Of a DNA stretch of 64,000 nt, positions 38,766 to 50,542 are shown in pieces (the first letter of the stretch is position 1; every line of letters starts with the position of its first letter). The DNA is taken from NCBI GenBank assembly GCA_050633305.1, contig JBOEGF010000007.1:160001-224000 (forward strand), written 5' to 3'. The stretch comes from Nannocystales bacterium (GTDB lineage Bacteria; Myxococcota_A; Polyangia; Nannocystales; Nannocystaceae). The notes beneath the pieces were generated by a model. The model had not been told where the DNA came from. It saw only the letters and a list, made by a program, of their open reading frames with translations, and did no database searches. Made by a program: the position numbers and the translations under genes.

Positions 38766-41700
38766 CTAGGACGGCTCAGGGCGGTAGCGGTTGGTCACAC
38801 CGAGCCCCGCGGGCGCTAGCTGGTCGGTGAATCGCTCGTACTCTCCTCCGGTCAGCACTCGGAGTAGGCCCGCCTCGTCCGTTGGTTCGTAGGCGCCCGA
38901 GAGGTTCCGGGCGCGCATGACCAGGTCTCGGGCGCGGGCTTGGTCGTTGCCGCTGATGTACAGCGCCTGGCCCAAGAGCAGAGAGGCCTCGGCCAGGTTC
39001 AGGTCGTCCTCCGCTTCGTCGGTCCGAAGCTCCAGCGCTCGTTCCAAGTGGGGGAGGGCATCCAGGGGGGTGCCTGTCTCGAGCATGGTCCGGCCGAGGC
39101 CGGTGAGCGCATAGGCGACCAAGGGGTGTTCTTCACCCATCGCGGCCTCCCAGACGCCCAACGCGAGCGCGTAGTGCTCGCGGGCAGACTCCGCTTGCCC
39201 GGTCGCCCACAGCGAGTTCGCCAGGTCGAGGTGCGCGTAGCCGAGGTCGGTGTGTCCCGGAGGCAGGGTCTTGGTCCACACCTCGAGCCCCCGGCGCAGG
39301 TGGGGGAGCGCTTCGGTGTGTCGTCGCTGGTCGGCAAGTGCGAGCCCGAGGTTCAAGCGGGCATAGCCAACGTCCCGATGCGTTGTCCCGAGCGCGCGCT
39401 CGAGCATGGCTACGGCACGCGCGTGCAGCCGCGCAGCGGCGTCGAACTCTTCTTGAGAGCGTTGCAACGTACCGAGCTGGTCGAGGCAGCGTGCGAGGTC
39501 GACGGGATGCTCGATGGCGTCGAACACCGCGGCGGGGACGGCCGGCTCACCTCCCGCAGCGGGAAGGTTGGCGAGGCTCATCGCGCCGTCGCGGTCGAGG
39601 AGCATTCGGGCGCGGACGAGCGTGCCCTCCACGGGCTCGGGACCGAGGTGTCCCTGCATGGACGACGCGAGGCGAAGCAGTGAGCGCGCCACCTCGGGGT
39701 GCGAGGTTCCAAGGACCTGCTCGCGAATGGATACGCTTTCGCGATGGTTGTTCGACGCGCGGGCATACTGACCCATGCCTTCGAGAGCCGCGCCGAGCCA
39801 CGCGTGGGTGTCGGCACTCCGAACGTCTCCGGGCGGGAGGTGTGCGTTCTGGATCTCCAGCGCCTTGGCGAACTGCTGGAAGGCCATGTCGTAGGAGCCC
39901 TCCGCTTGGGCGATCTTGCCCAGCCCCGAGAGCAACTGCGCGCGGGCAAGCGGGTTGTCGCCCGCGCGGGCGATGGCGGCCTCCGCTCCCAGGGCGATGC
40001 GGTCTCCCTCTGCGTACAGACCCTGCCGAAGGGCGACGATGTCCATGGTGAGCGTCCATGCGGCGGCTTCGACATCCGCACGGCCGCTCTGTGCGGCGAG
40101 GAGGATGGACTCTCGGAGCTTCGCCTCGGCCTCGGTGGCCTCGCCGAGTTGCAACAGGGCCTTTGCGCTCAGCAGAGAAGCCTCGCTTTGCAGTCGCGTG
40201 GCGCCGATGTTGGATGCACGCCCGTAGGCGCGATCGACGGTCTCCTGCGCTTTGGGGTGTCCCAATGCGAGTTCGACACGACCGCGTCCAAGCAAGACAT
40301 GCACATCGTTGAGCTTGCCGCGGCGGGCGGGCTCAGCGGTCAGGCGCTCGTCGGAGTCGTCGTTGCGCCCCACGCTCGTACAGGTTGCGGGAGCGGGGAG
40401 GGACTGCACAGCCTCGGCTGCGTGGAGCAGGGATGCCTCGACCCCGCCCTCGGATTCGAGTTGCCGCAGCAACAGGTCCAGATCGGCCTTGCGGTCTTCG
40501 AGGCATAGGAGGCCCGGGTCGTCGAAGCGGGGGGTTCGCCGGACGCGGGCGCGGGCATCGGCCGTGCACCGGACGTCGTACACCGTCGTCCACGCGCTGG
40601 CGTACTGGTCGAGGGCCCGTCCCATCGATTGCCAGGTCGCTCCTGCGAACGGGGCTGCCGCCGCGTCGAAGCGGGCGCCAAGGGAAGCCCGACGATCCGA
40701 GTTCCAGATGCCGTCAATGGTTTCGCTGGACGCCTTGCACGCCTCGAGCCGGTTGGACCGCGTGCCGAGATACACCGCGGTGATCAGCCCGCCGATCCCC
40801 ACCGCGATGCCGGCGACGAGCCAAGGGTGTCGCGCCTGCGGAGGGTCCCGCTGGAGCTCCGCGAGCAGGGCGTCCATGGAGGGGTGCCGGTCTTGGGGAG
40901 AGACGGCCAGGCCTCGTACCACCACGGCGCGTAACCACGACGGCACCTTGTTGTCTCGCGGCGGGCTTCGAATCGTCCCGTCGAGGACGTTGATCGCCAG
41001 GGAAGCCATGCTCGCGCCTTCGAACGGACGCTCGCGGTACAGGGCCTCGTACAGCGCCACACAGAAGCTGAACTGGTCGGTTTGCGGTCCGATGTGCTCG
41101 CCGCGGTGTTGCTCGGGAGCCATGTACGCCGGCGTCCCCAGCATCGCGCCGGTGCGGGTGAGGCTGAGGTTGAGGTCCCGCGTCTCCCCAGCGCCAGAGC
41201 TGCTCGCCGCGCGGAGCTCTTGGAGCTGGTCGGCGATGGGACCGGTCCGCAGCGTCGTGCGGCGGGCGAGGCCGAAGTCCATCACCAGAACACGGCCGTC
41301 GAGTCCCATGAGGACGTTGTCCGGCTTGAAGTCGCGGTGGACCAGACCCGCTGCGTGTGCAGCTCCGAGACCCCGACCGGCGCGAACAAACGCATCGACC
41401 AGCTCTGGCCAGCTGCGCTCGCTGTCCATCCAATCGCGAAGCGTGGAGCCCTCGATGAACTCCATCGCCACGAACACCCGTTCGCCAAACGTCCCAACGT
41501 CGTGGACGGTGATGACGTTGAGATGGCTCAGCTTGGCCATCGCCTGGGCTTCGCGCAGGAGTCGGGTCCGGCCACCGGAGTCCGAGCTTCCGTCGGGACC
41601 GGCGTGCATGACCTTCAGCGCGACGCGGCGATCCAGCTGCGGATCGAAGGCTGCATACACGACCCCCATGCCACCCGCCCCGATGCGCTCGAGCACGGTG

Positions 41701-41852
41701 TAGCGCCCCACGCTGTCCCCGCGCCGCAACGGCTCGCCCTCTCGGTCAGGCGGCCCCACCTCGCCGAGACTCTCCGAGGACTCTCCTGCGAGCGTGGCAA
41801 CGAGGCCATCGGCCAACGACGCGCCCGAGGGCGGTGCTTCAGAATCGGACAT
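38766..41852 (-). CDS. Membrane Ser/Thr protein kinase with C-terminal TPR repeats
   Basis: IGAGGMGVVY, VALK, HRDFKPDN, DFGLA, GTPAYMAPE, DQFSFC; one TM; HPxxA TPR repeats. Confidence 0.93.
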   Translation of the reverse strand: MSDSEAPPSGASLADGLVATLAGESSESLGEVGPPDREGEPLRRGDSVGRYTVLERIGAGGMGVVYAAFDPQLDRRVALKVMHAGPDGSSDSGGRTRLLREAQAMAKLSHLNVITVHDVGTFGERVFVAMEFIEGSTLRDWMDSERSWPELVDAFVRAGRGLGAAHAAGLVHRDFKPDNVLMGLDGRVLVMDFGLARRTTLRTGPIADQLQELRAASSSGAGETRDLNLSLTRTGAMLGTPAYMAPEQHRGEHIGPQTDQFSFCVALYEALYRERPFEGASMASLAINVLDGTIRSPPRDNKVPSWLRAVVVRGLAVSPQDRHPSMDALLAELQRDPPQARHPWLVAGIAVGIGGLITAVYLGTRSNRLEACKASSETIDGIWNSDRRASLGARFDAAAAPFAGATWQSMGRALDQYASAWTTVYDVRCTADARARVRRTPRFDDPGLLCLEDRKADLDLLLRQLESEGGVEASLLHAAEAVQSLPAPATCTSVGRNDDSDERLTAEPARRGKLNDVHVLLGRGRVELALGHPKAQETVDRAYGRASNIGATRLQSEASLLSAKALLQLGEATEAEAKLRESILLAAQSGRADVEAAAWTLTMDIVALRQGLYAEGDRIALGAEAAIARAGDNPLARAQLLSGLGKIAQAEGSYDMAFQQFAKALEIQNAHLPPGDVRSADTHAWLGAALEGMGQYARASNNHRESVSIREQVLGTSHPEVARSLLRLASSMQGHLGPEPVEGTLVRARMLLDRDGAMSLANLPAAGGEPAVPAAVFDAIEHPVDLARCLDQLGTLQRSQEEFDAAARLHARAVAMLERALGTTHRDVGYARLNLGLALADQRRHTEALPHLRRGLEVWTKTLPPGHTDLGYAHLDLANSLWATGQAESAREHYALALGVWEAAMGEEHPLVAYALTGLGRTMLETGTPLDALPHLERALELRTDEAEDDLNLAEASLLLGQALYISGNDQARARDLVMRARNLSGAYEPTDEAGLLRVLTGGEYERFTDQLAPAGLGVTNRYRPEPS

Positions 41853-42017
41853 CCGCGCGAGTCCTGAGCATGCCGCACCGAGGCCCGAACCCACAACGTC
41901 AACCACCGCCGACGGACCCCAGATGGAGACCGGTCGCACCGGGATCGGTGCCGTCCGCACATTCTGGGCCGCATCGGTGGAGACAACGACGAGCGCTCGG
42001 GGCAAGATCAGCGGGCC

Positions 42018-43079
42018 TTGCCGCCCGAACGGTCTCTCCTGCGCAGCACGCTGCTCGCGCTGCTGGCTCCACGCCGTCTGCTGTCCATCTTGGTGGTGGC
42101 GGTTCCGCTGGTCCTGGCGCAAGACCACTACTCGGTCGAGCCCATGGCAGCGCCGCTGGGGGTGTTGATGTGTTTGGCGTTCTTCTTGTTCGCGCCGTTG
42201 TCGTGGCGGGCGCTGTTTCAAGGTGAAACGTCGAGGCGCCGGACGTTCACCGAGCCGTTCGGTCGATTGGTGGTCTACGGCGTCGCGGGGGCGGGCACCG
42301 TGGCGCTGGTCGGCTCGGTCGTTCCCGACCTCTTGGGGTTGCAGCCTACGCTGATGACATCCGAGAGCAGCCTGCTGGTGTCGATCGCGCTGTTTCTCGT
42401 GGGCGGCTACGGGCTCGGCCGAGACATCGACCTCGAGCGCAGTTTGCACGCGGAGCGAAAGCGAGCCGATGACATGACGGTGGCGGCCGAGCGGGCTCAG
42501 CTGCTCGCGCTTCGCAACCATCTCGACCCGCACTTCCTCTTCAACACGCTCAACGCGATCGCCGAGTGGTGCCGTGAAGATGGCGAGGTCGCGGAGCGAG
42601 CCACGCTCCAGCTCTCGGAGATGCTGCGCACGATCATGGCAGGGACGCACACGCCCGCGTGGTCGTTGGAGCAGGAGGTCGCCCTGCTCGACACGCTGTT
42701 CGCGCTGTACCAGATCCGCGACCCCGAAAAGTTCGTGTTGCAGCGGGAAATGGACGAGCCCCTCCCGCGCGTTGAGGTGCCGCCGATGCTCCTGCTCCCG
42801 GTCGTGGAGAATGCGATCAAACACGGGCCGGCGGCGTCCCATCGTGGGGCGGTCCATCTTCGTGTGCACGCGCAGCCCGGTGGGCTGTCCATCGAGGTCC
42901 AAAACCCCGGCGCGTTCGAGGGGCGCCGCCCCGGTGGCGAGGGACTTCGGCTGGTCGAGAAACGCTTAGAGCACGCCTACGGGACGGAGGCGACGTTCTC
43001 GATCGAAGCTCGCGACGACACCACACTCGTACGTCTCACCCTCCCGTCCCAGCCCAACCCCGAACCGGATCCCACATGA
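42018..43079 (+). CDS. LytS/YehU-type sensor histidine kinase
   Basis: Four TM segments, LRNHLDPHFLFNTLN, LLPVVENAIKHG, GEGLRLVEKRL. Confidence 0.9.
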   Translation: MPPERSLLRSTLLALLAPRRLLSILVVAVPLVLAQDHYSVEPMAAPLGVLMCLAFFLFAPLSWRALFQGETSRRRTFTEPFGRLVVYGVAGAGTVALVGSVVPDLLGLQPTLMTSESSLLVSIALFLVGGYGLGRDIDLERSLHAERKRADDMTVAAERAQLLALRNHLDPHFLFNTLNAIAEWCREDGEVAERATLQLSEMLRTIMAGTHTPAWSLEQEVALLDTLFALYQIRDPEKFVLQREMDEPLPRVEVPPMLLLPVVENAIKHGPAASHRGAVHLRVHAQPGGLSIEVQNPGAFEGRRPGGEGLRLVEKRLEHAYGTEATFSIEARDDTTLVRLTLPSQPNPEPDPT

Positions 43080-43822
43080 GCACCGCACTTCGCATCGCCC
43101 TCGCTGACGACGAGTCCACCGCCCGGCGCCGCATGACTCGGCTTCTCGAGGCCATTCCCGGGGTCGAGGTCGTGGGTGCTCACGAGGATGCGCGCGGCAT
43201 CCTCGACCAGCTTCAGGATGAGGCGATCGACGTGTTGGTGCTCGATGTCCAGATGCCCGGGCTCTCTGGGATCGAGGCCCACGCGTTGCTTGGGGCCGAC
43301 GCGCCGTACGTCATCTTCGCGACCGCGCACCCGCAGCATGCGATCGAGGCGTTTGAACTCGGCGCGGTGGACTACGTGCTCAAGCCGATCGAGGCCTCGC
43401 GCCTCGGCAAAGCGATCGAACGCGCTCGGGGGCACGTCTTGGCGGGCAGCCGAGACTCCGAGCCCAGCCCAGCAGACCCCTACGCTCGGGTCCCGGTTGT
43501 GACCCGGGATGGCATCGTGCTCTTGGACCCGCCGTCGATCTCCCACGCGGTCTTCGATGGCGCGCTGGTCACCGTGCACACGACCCAGGGCGAGTCCCAT
43601 CTCACCGACGCGACGTTGGCCGACCTGCACGCGCGGCTCCCCGACGGCGGATTCGATCGAGTCCACCGCCGCGTGTTGCTCAACCTGCACGAGGTCAGCA
43701 TGTTGCGCCCAACGCCCAGCGGGGGATTCGTGGCGCTGACGCGGGCGGGCGCGGAGGTCCCGATCTCGCGGCAGTCGGCCCGGCGCATGCGGAAGGCCCT
43801 GGGCCTTACCAAGACGCAGTGA
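43076..43822 (+). CDS. LytR/AlgR-family response regulator
   Basis: ADDE, LDVQMPG, DYVLKP receiver; FDRVHR..LLNL, VPISR LytTR domain; ATGA-coupled to the kinase. Confidence 0.93.
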   Translation: MSTALRIALADDESTARRRMTRLLEAIPGVEVVGAHEDARGILDQLQDEAIDVLVLDVQMPGLSGIEAHALLGADAPYVIFATAHPQHAIEAFELGAVDYVLKPIEASRLGKAIERARGHVLAGSRDSEPSPADPYARVPVVTRDGIVLLDPPSISHAVFDGALVTVHTTQGESHLTDATLADLHARLPDGGFDRVHRRVLLNLHEVSMLRPTPSGGFVALTRAGAEVPISRQSARRMRKALGLTKTQ

Positions 43823-43851
43823 CGCTCAGCAACCCGCAGAGACTTCCGGCT

Positions 43852-44973
43852 CTACTGAACGTAGACTTCGCCGGAAGCGGCAGCGTGCCGCCGGTTTCTC
43901 GGAAGCGTCAGGGCTTGCGGCACTCGAATCGCACGTGGGGCATCCTCCGGAAGCGAGGCCAGTGGCGGGGGCGGTGGAGTCCCAGGAAGCACAGTCAGGG
44001 TGGCTCCGCCCAGGTCGAGTGAGGCGGCGGTGGGCGCTCCGAAACCGAGGTCGATCAGCTCGTACTGCCACACGGGGTCCTTGGGCATCCAAGATTGAGC
44101 ACTGCTCAGCACGGCTTCGATCACCTCGGCGGCATCGCGTTGACCTGCAGAGGCCCGCACCCAGACGAACCGCTCCAGCGCGGCCAGTGCTTGGACGCGG
44201 TCTCCGAGGCCGGCGTGGATCCGCGCCAGTCGGAGCAGGGTGTCTGGGTTGCTCGGCTCGCGCCGCTGAAGCGCGAGCAGCAACGGCAGCGCGCGTTCGG
44301 ATTCTCCCTTGGCGATCAGACCGTAGGCGAGGGTGTGCAGCGCGAAGAGGTTCCGCGGGAATCGGTCGAGCAGGAGTCGCGCCATGGCGAGCAGCTCGAT
44401 GGTCCGGCCCCGGCGTTTCAAGGATTCCGCGGTGGCTTGCAGGCGAGCTTGAACCGCCGCTCGGTCTCCATGGCGCAGCTCGGCGTCGAGGAGCTGGCGC
44501 AACGTGCTGGTGTCCTCGGGCCGGACGTCGGCGGCCAGACGCAACAGTGCGAGTCCGGAGCGTTGGCGGCCGTGAATGCGATGAAGATGGGCCAGTGCGC
44601 ACAGGCGGCGTTGTGCATGCTCATCTCCCAGGGCGCACGCCCAGGTGTGGCAGCGGGCGGCCGTCACCTGCAGGGGGTCGAGCTTGCACGCTCGGTCGAA
44701 CAGGGCGAGGGCACGTCGTCGTTGGCCCAACCGGGCATAGACCTCCGCGGCATGAAGGTAGGTCCGTGCCGCCAGCACGGTCTGGCCCGAGCGCAGGTAG
44801 TGCAGCGCGAGCCGCAGGGTGGCTTGCAGGTCGTCCGGAGCGGCGTCGATCACCGCTTGAAGTGCTCGAGCCGCAGCCGCGTGGTCGCCCACCCGCGCAT
44901 GCTCCCGAGCGCGAAGGCGCAGACGCCCCGCGGAAAACACCAACCCTTGCCCGATCGTTTGCCCCGCCATCAT
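43852..44973 (-). CDS. TPR-repeat protein
   Basis: Repeated helical units (APDDL..TLRLA; RPEDT..LRQL; EPSNPDTLLRLA). Start uncertain. Confidence 0.7.
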   Translation of the reverse strand: MMAGQTIGQGLVFSAGRLRLRAREHARVGDHAAAARALQAVIDAAPDDLQATLRLALHYLRSGQTVLAARTYLHAAEVYARLGQRRRALALFDRACKLDPLQVTAARCHTWACALGDEHAQRRLCALAHLHRIHGRQRSGLALLRLAADVRPEDTSTLRQLLDAELRHGDRAAVQARLQATAESLKRRGRTIELLAMARLLLDRFPRNLFALHTLAYGLIAKGESERALPLLLALQRREPSNPDTLLRLARIHAGLGDRVQALAALERFVWVRASAGQRDAAEVIEAVLSSAQSWMPKDPVWQYELIDLGFGAPTAASLDLGGATLTVLPGTPPPPPLASLPEDAPRAIRVPQALTLPRNRRHAAASGEVYVQ

Positions 44974-45058
44974 TCCCACCCGACAAGTGGGACACCGGTC
45001 CACGTCATCCTTCCCGACCCGACATCGAAAAAAAAAGTGGCCGCGGGAACAGCGCTGG

Positions 45059-45649
45059 CTAGAAGCCGGAGCCGGGCCGCTGCAGGAACTCCACCTCCTC
45101 GGGGCTGGATTCTCGCCCGAGGATCGCGTTGCGGTGCGGGTATCGGTCGAAGCGGTCCACGATCTCCTTGTGGCGATGCGCATAGTCCACGTTGTTCCGC
45201 AGACCCGGTTGCTCGGGCGCGCGTTCTGCGAGGGCCGTGAACTGCTCGACCGACTGCGCCTGGCGGCCGCGGTCCTCCGCGTGCATGAGCGGCATGAGGA
45301 TGAAGCACTGGCCATCGGGGCTCAGCTCGGTGAGCGACCCTTGCTCCAGGACGTGGTCGGTGGTCGCAAGGGCGAGCGTGTCAGAGCCAAACGCGGCTGG
45401 CGTGTCGCGGAACATGTTCCGAGAGAACTGGTCCAGCACCAGAATCCGCGCGAGGCATCCCAGCCCAGTCTCCAGCCATTCGGCGTGTTGCCCGGCCATG
45501 AGCGCCGCATGGAGATCTCCGAAGTGCTCGCGAATCTCGCGATCGAAGTCGTCGGACTTCTTGAACCAGCGCTGCCGAAAACCGGCCGCTGGAGCCTGCG
45601 CAGTGGCGTTGCCGAACCAGAACGTGATGACCGCGTCCACCGAAGACAT
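45059..45649 (-). CDS. DUF924 family protein
   Basis: FWFG, ILVLDQFSRNMFR, LMPLMHAE, RFDRYPHRNAILGRESS. Confidence 0.92.
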   Translation of the reverse strand: MSSVDAVITFWFGNATAQAPAAGFRQRWFKKSDDFDREIREHFGDLHAALMAGQHAEWLETGLGCLARILVLDQFSRNMFRDTPAAFGSDTLALATTDHVLEQGSLTELSPDGQCFILMPLMHAEDRGRQAQSVEQFTALAERAPEQPGLRNNVDYAHRHKEIVDRFDRYPHRNAILGRESSPEEVEFLQRPGSGF

Positions 45650-45770
45650 GGCCGGACTCTACAACGCACGAGCGGCCTGCGCGCAGCCAGCCGCGCAAGC
45701 TCACGGCACGATCGGCCGCGGATCCGGGTTCTAGGGGCCAGATGTTGTAGTTAGCGCGCGGACCCGTTCC

Positions 45771-47627
<1,857 letters not shown>

Positions 47628-47746
47628 GTCCCACGTCGATTGTCGGCCCGCTGGCCGCTGTCGTTTGATGCTCGTCGATTGGCGTCATCGGATGGTCGGG
47701 TCTGGGTTGCGGTGTTCCCGCGGAGGTTCAATCCTTCGGGTGCGCG

Positions 47747-50542
47747 ATGAAGAGCACCCGTCGAGGATTCCTGCGGGGCACCGTGGTGGGGGCGAGCGCG
47801 CTCACCACCGCGAGTTGCTCCGAGTCACTTCGTACTGAGAAGAGCGTGTCGCCGTCCGAGGCCCCAGTGGGGCAGGACCGGGTGCGCGTGAGCACCGAGG
47901 TCAACGGCAAGTCTACGAGCTTGGAGGTCGGGCCGGACGAATCGGCGTTGCACGCAGTGCGGGAGCAGCTCGACCTGACGGGCTGCAAACTGGGCTGCGG
48001 TCACGGTGCGTGTGGGGCCTGCACGATGCAGCTCGACGGAACACCCGTCGCGACATGTCTGCTGCCCGCCACGTCCCTTCACGGACGCAAGGTCACCACG
48101 GTCGAAGGCATCGCGACTGGAGGAACGTTGGCCGCGGTCCAGCGGGCCTTCATGGCCGAGGACGGATTGCAGTGTGGGTTCTGTACGCCCGGGTTCATCG
48201 TCGAGTCCGAGGCGTTCGTGCGGACCTGGCGGGCCGAGCATGGGGCGAAGGAGCCCGATCGCGACACCGTCGCCGAGGCGTTGTCCGGTCACCTGTGCCG
48301 CTGCGCCGCCTACGAGGGCATCTACCGGGCTGTGCGAGGGGCATGCGCGGGGCGGTTCGATCACGGACCGGTGCAGGCGGAGCGACACGACGCCGCGGAG
48401 AAGGTCACCGGGGAGGCGAAGTACACCGTCGATGTGAAGCTGCCCGGCATGCTCCACGCGCGGGCGCTGCACAGCCCCCACGGCAACGCCACGATCAAGA
48501 GCCTCGACTGGACCAACGCGCTTGCGATGCCCGGGGTCCGCGGCATTGTCGATTTGATGAAGGGACGCACCGCGATTCGTCACGCGGGCCAAGAGCTCGT
48601 GGCGATCGCGGCCGTCGATGAGGCCACGGCAGCCCGTGCGGTCGCGGCGGTCGAGATCGAGTTCGACGTCCGCACGCCCGTGCTGAGCATCCCAGAGGCT
48701 CGGGCCGACGGCGCACCGACGGTCTATCGCCGACGCAAGGCTCGCAAGTCCGCCCCCAACGCGAGTGAGGGCCCGCTGTTGCCCGAGGCCTGGGACGGCA
48801 ACGTCCGGGGACCGCTCAAGTTGATGAGCAAGTCGAAGGGGAAGGCGGTCCGTCTTGTGGACGACGCGCGGGACAAGGGCACTGCGGTGGAAGGGAGCTG
48901 GACGACGGCGGCGCAGTGCCACACCACGCTCGAGCCTCATGCCGCTGTCGTGCAATGGCCGACTGAAGACAGCCTCGTCGCGTACATCTCCACCCAGGCG
49001 GTCCGGGCGTGCGCGGAGGACTTGGCCGAGCGGTTCGGTCTGCGGCGCGACGCGGTGACCGTGTTGTCGAACTACATCGGAGGGGGCTTTGGTGGGAAGG
49101 GCAAGCTCGAGAGTGAAGCGGTCATTGCGGCCGAGCTGGCCCGGGTCTGCGGGGCTCCGGTCCGCTACGTGCTCGAGCGTCGCGAGGAGCTGATGATCGG
49201 TGGTTACCGCCCCGGCACCCAGCTCGAGTTGGCGGCCGCCGTGGACGACGACGGTGACCTTGCGGTCGTCGCTCAGTCGTACTCGAACTCTGGCGTCGCG
49301 GTGGGACACACGGTCACCCCGCTGTGGCGGATGCTGTATCCGGGCGCGCCGAAGCGTCTGGAGGACATCGACGTCGTGACCCACGCGCCGCCGGGCAAGC
49401 CCTTTCGCGGCCCCGGAGGTCCGCAGGCCTATTGGGCGCTGGAGCAGGCGGTTGACGAGCTCGCCCACACTCGCGGTGAAGACCCGCTCGCGATGCGCCA
49501 CCGATGGGATCCTAACCCCGCACGCCAGCCTCTCTATGCGTGGGCCGAGGGCATCGATGCGTGGCGCAATCGGGCAAAACCAGGCGCCGACAAGGGCCGG
49601 TTCCGACGCGGGGTCGGGCTCGCGTTCGGGACCTGGTTCGTGTTCTGCAGCCCCAAGACCCGGGTTCAGGTCGAGACCGGGCCGGACGGCATCGTGGTCT
49701 CGACTGCGTGTCAGGACATCGGTAACGGCACGCGAACGGTGTTGGCCAAGACCGTCGCCGAGCAGCTTGGCGTGTCGGCCTCGGACGTGACGGTCAAGGT
49801 TGGGAACTCCCGGTACGTGCCCGGCCCCACCTCCGCCGGGAGCCGTACCGTGTCCTCGCTCGTTCCCGCCTGCGTGGTCGCGTGTGATGCCCTCAAGGAG
49901 GAGCTGTTCGACGACGCCAAGGACCGCCTCTTCTTGCGGGGCGCTGTGGCGACGACACGCGGGGTGGAGCACGAGGGCGGCATCGTGCCGTGGTCCAAAC
50001 TCGCCGAGACCGCGCCGCCTGTGTCCGTGGTGGGACGTCGGCCCAAGGACAAGGGCGGCTATTTCCTGCCCCCCGTCGGCGGGGTTGCGTTCGAGAAGTA
50101 CAGCTCCGCATCGATCCAGATCGTCGAGATCGAGGTGGACACGCGCCTGGGCAAGACCCGTGTCGCTCAGACCTGGGGTGGCTTTGGCGTCGGGAAGCTG
50201 GTCTCACCTCAGCTCGCCCGCAGCCAAGCCGCCGGCGGGATTCTGCAGGCGATCAGTTACACGCTGTACGAGGAGCGAAGGCTGGCCCCCGGTCGCGGGT
50301 ACCTGCTTACCGCAGGGCTCGAGGACTACCGGGTGATGGGCCCCGGAGATGTCCCCGAGTTGCACATCCACTTTCATGAAGAGGGCTACGACAACATTCC
50401 CCAGCGCTCCGCTGGGCTGGGCGAGATCGTGACGCTCGCTCCGCCGGCTGCGATCGGCAACGCGATGTTCAACGCCGTGGGCTGGCGACCCAAGGACCTG
50501 CCGCTCCGTCCCGACCACGTTCTGAAAGGACTCCGAGGATGA
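47747..50542 (+). CDS. Tat-exported xanthine-dehydrogenase-family enzyme: fused 2x[2Fe-2S] and molybdopterin-binding subunit
   Basis: TRRGFL leader; GCKLGCGHGACGAC, QCGFC, HLCRC; KVTGEAKY, GGGFGGK, FRGPG, QDIGNG, GLGE. Confidence 0.9.
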   Translation: MKSTRRGFLRGTVVGASALTTASCSESLRTEKSVSPSEAPVGQDRVRVSTEVNGKSTSLEVGPDESALHAVREQLDLTGCKLGCGHGACGACTMQLDGTPVATCLLPATSLHGRKVTTVEGIATGGTLAAVQRAFMAEDGLQCGFCTPGFIVESEAFVRTWRAEHGAKEPDRDTVAEALSGHLCRCAAYEGIYRAVRGACAGRFDHGPVQAERHDAAEKVTGEAKYTVDVKLPGMLHARALHSPHGNATIKSLDWTNALAMPGVRGIVDLMKGRTAIRHAGQELVAIAAVDEATAARAVAAVEIEFDVRTPVLSIPEARADGAPTVYRRRKARKSAPNASEGPLLPEAWDGNVRGPLKLMSKSKGKAVRLVDDARDKGTAVEGSWTTAAQCHTTLEPHAAVVQWPTEDSLVAYISTQAVRACAEDLAERFGLRRDAVTVLSNYIGGGFGGKGKLESEAVIAAELARVCGAPVRYVLERREELMIGGYRPGTQLELAAAVDDDGDLAVVAQSYSNSGVAVGHTVTPLWRMLYPGAPKRLEDIDVVTHAPPGKPFRGPGGPQAYWALEQAVDELAHTRGEDPLAMRHRWDPNPARQPLYAWAEGIDAWRNRAKPGADKGRFRRGVGLAFGTWFVFCSPKTRVQVETGPDGIVVSTACQDIGNGTRTVLAKTVAEQLGVSASDVTVKVGNSRYVPGPTSAGSRTVSSLVPACVVACDALKEELFDDAKDRLFLRGAVATTRGVEHEGGIVPWSKLAETAPPVSVVGRRPKDKGGYFLPPVGGVAFEKYSSASIQIVEIEVDTRLGKTRVAQTWGGFGVGKLVSPQLARSQAAGGILQAISYTLYEERRLAPGRGYLLTAGLEDYRVMGPGDVPELHIHFHEEGYDNIPQRSAGLGEIVTLAPPAAIGNAMFNAVGWRPKDLPLRPDHVLKGLRG

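Noticed and set aside
41853..42902. N-terminal extension making the kinase 1378 aa (similarly 2364..2993, 57398..58819 and 58724..59623)
   Set aside because: These overlap real genes in another frame or strand. Trimmed starts give proper signal peptides or domain boundaries, so they are not true fusions.
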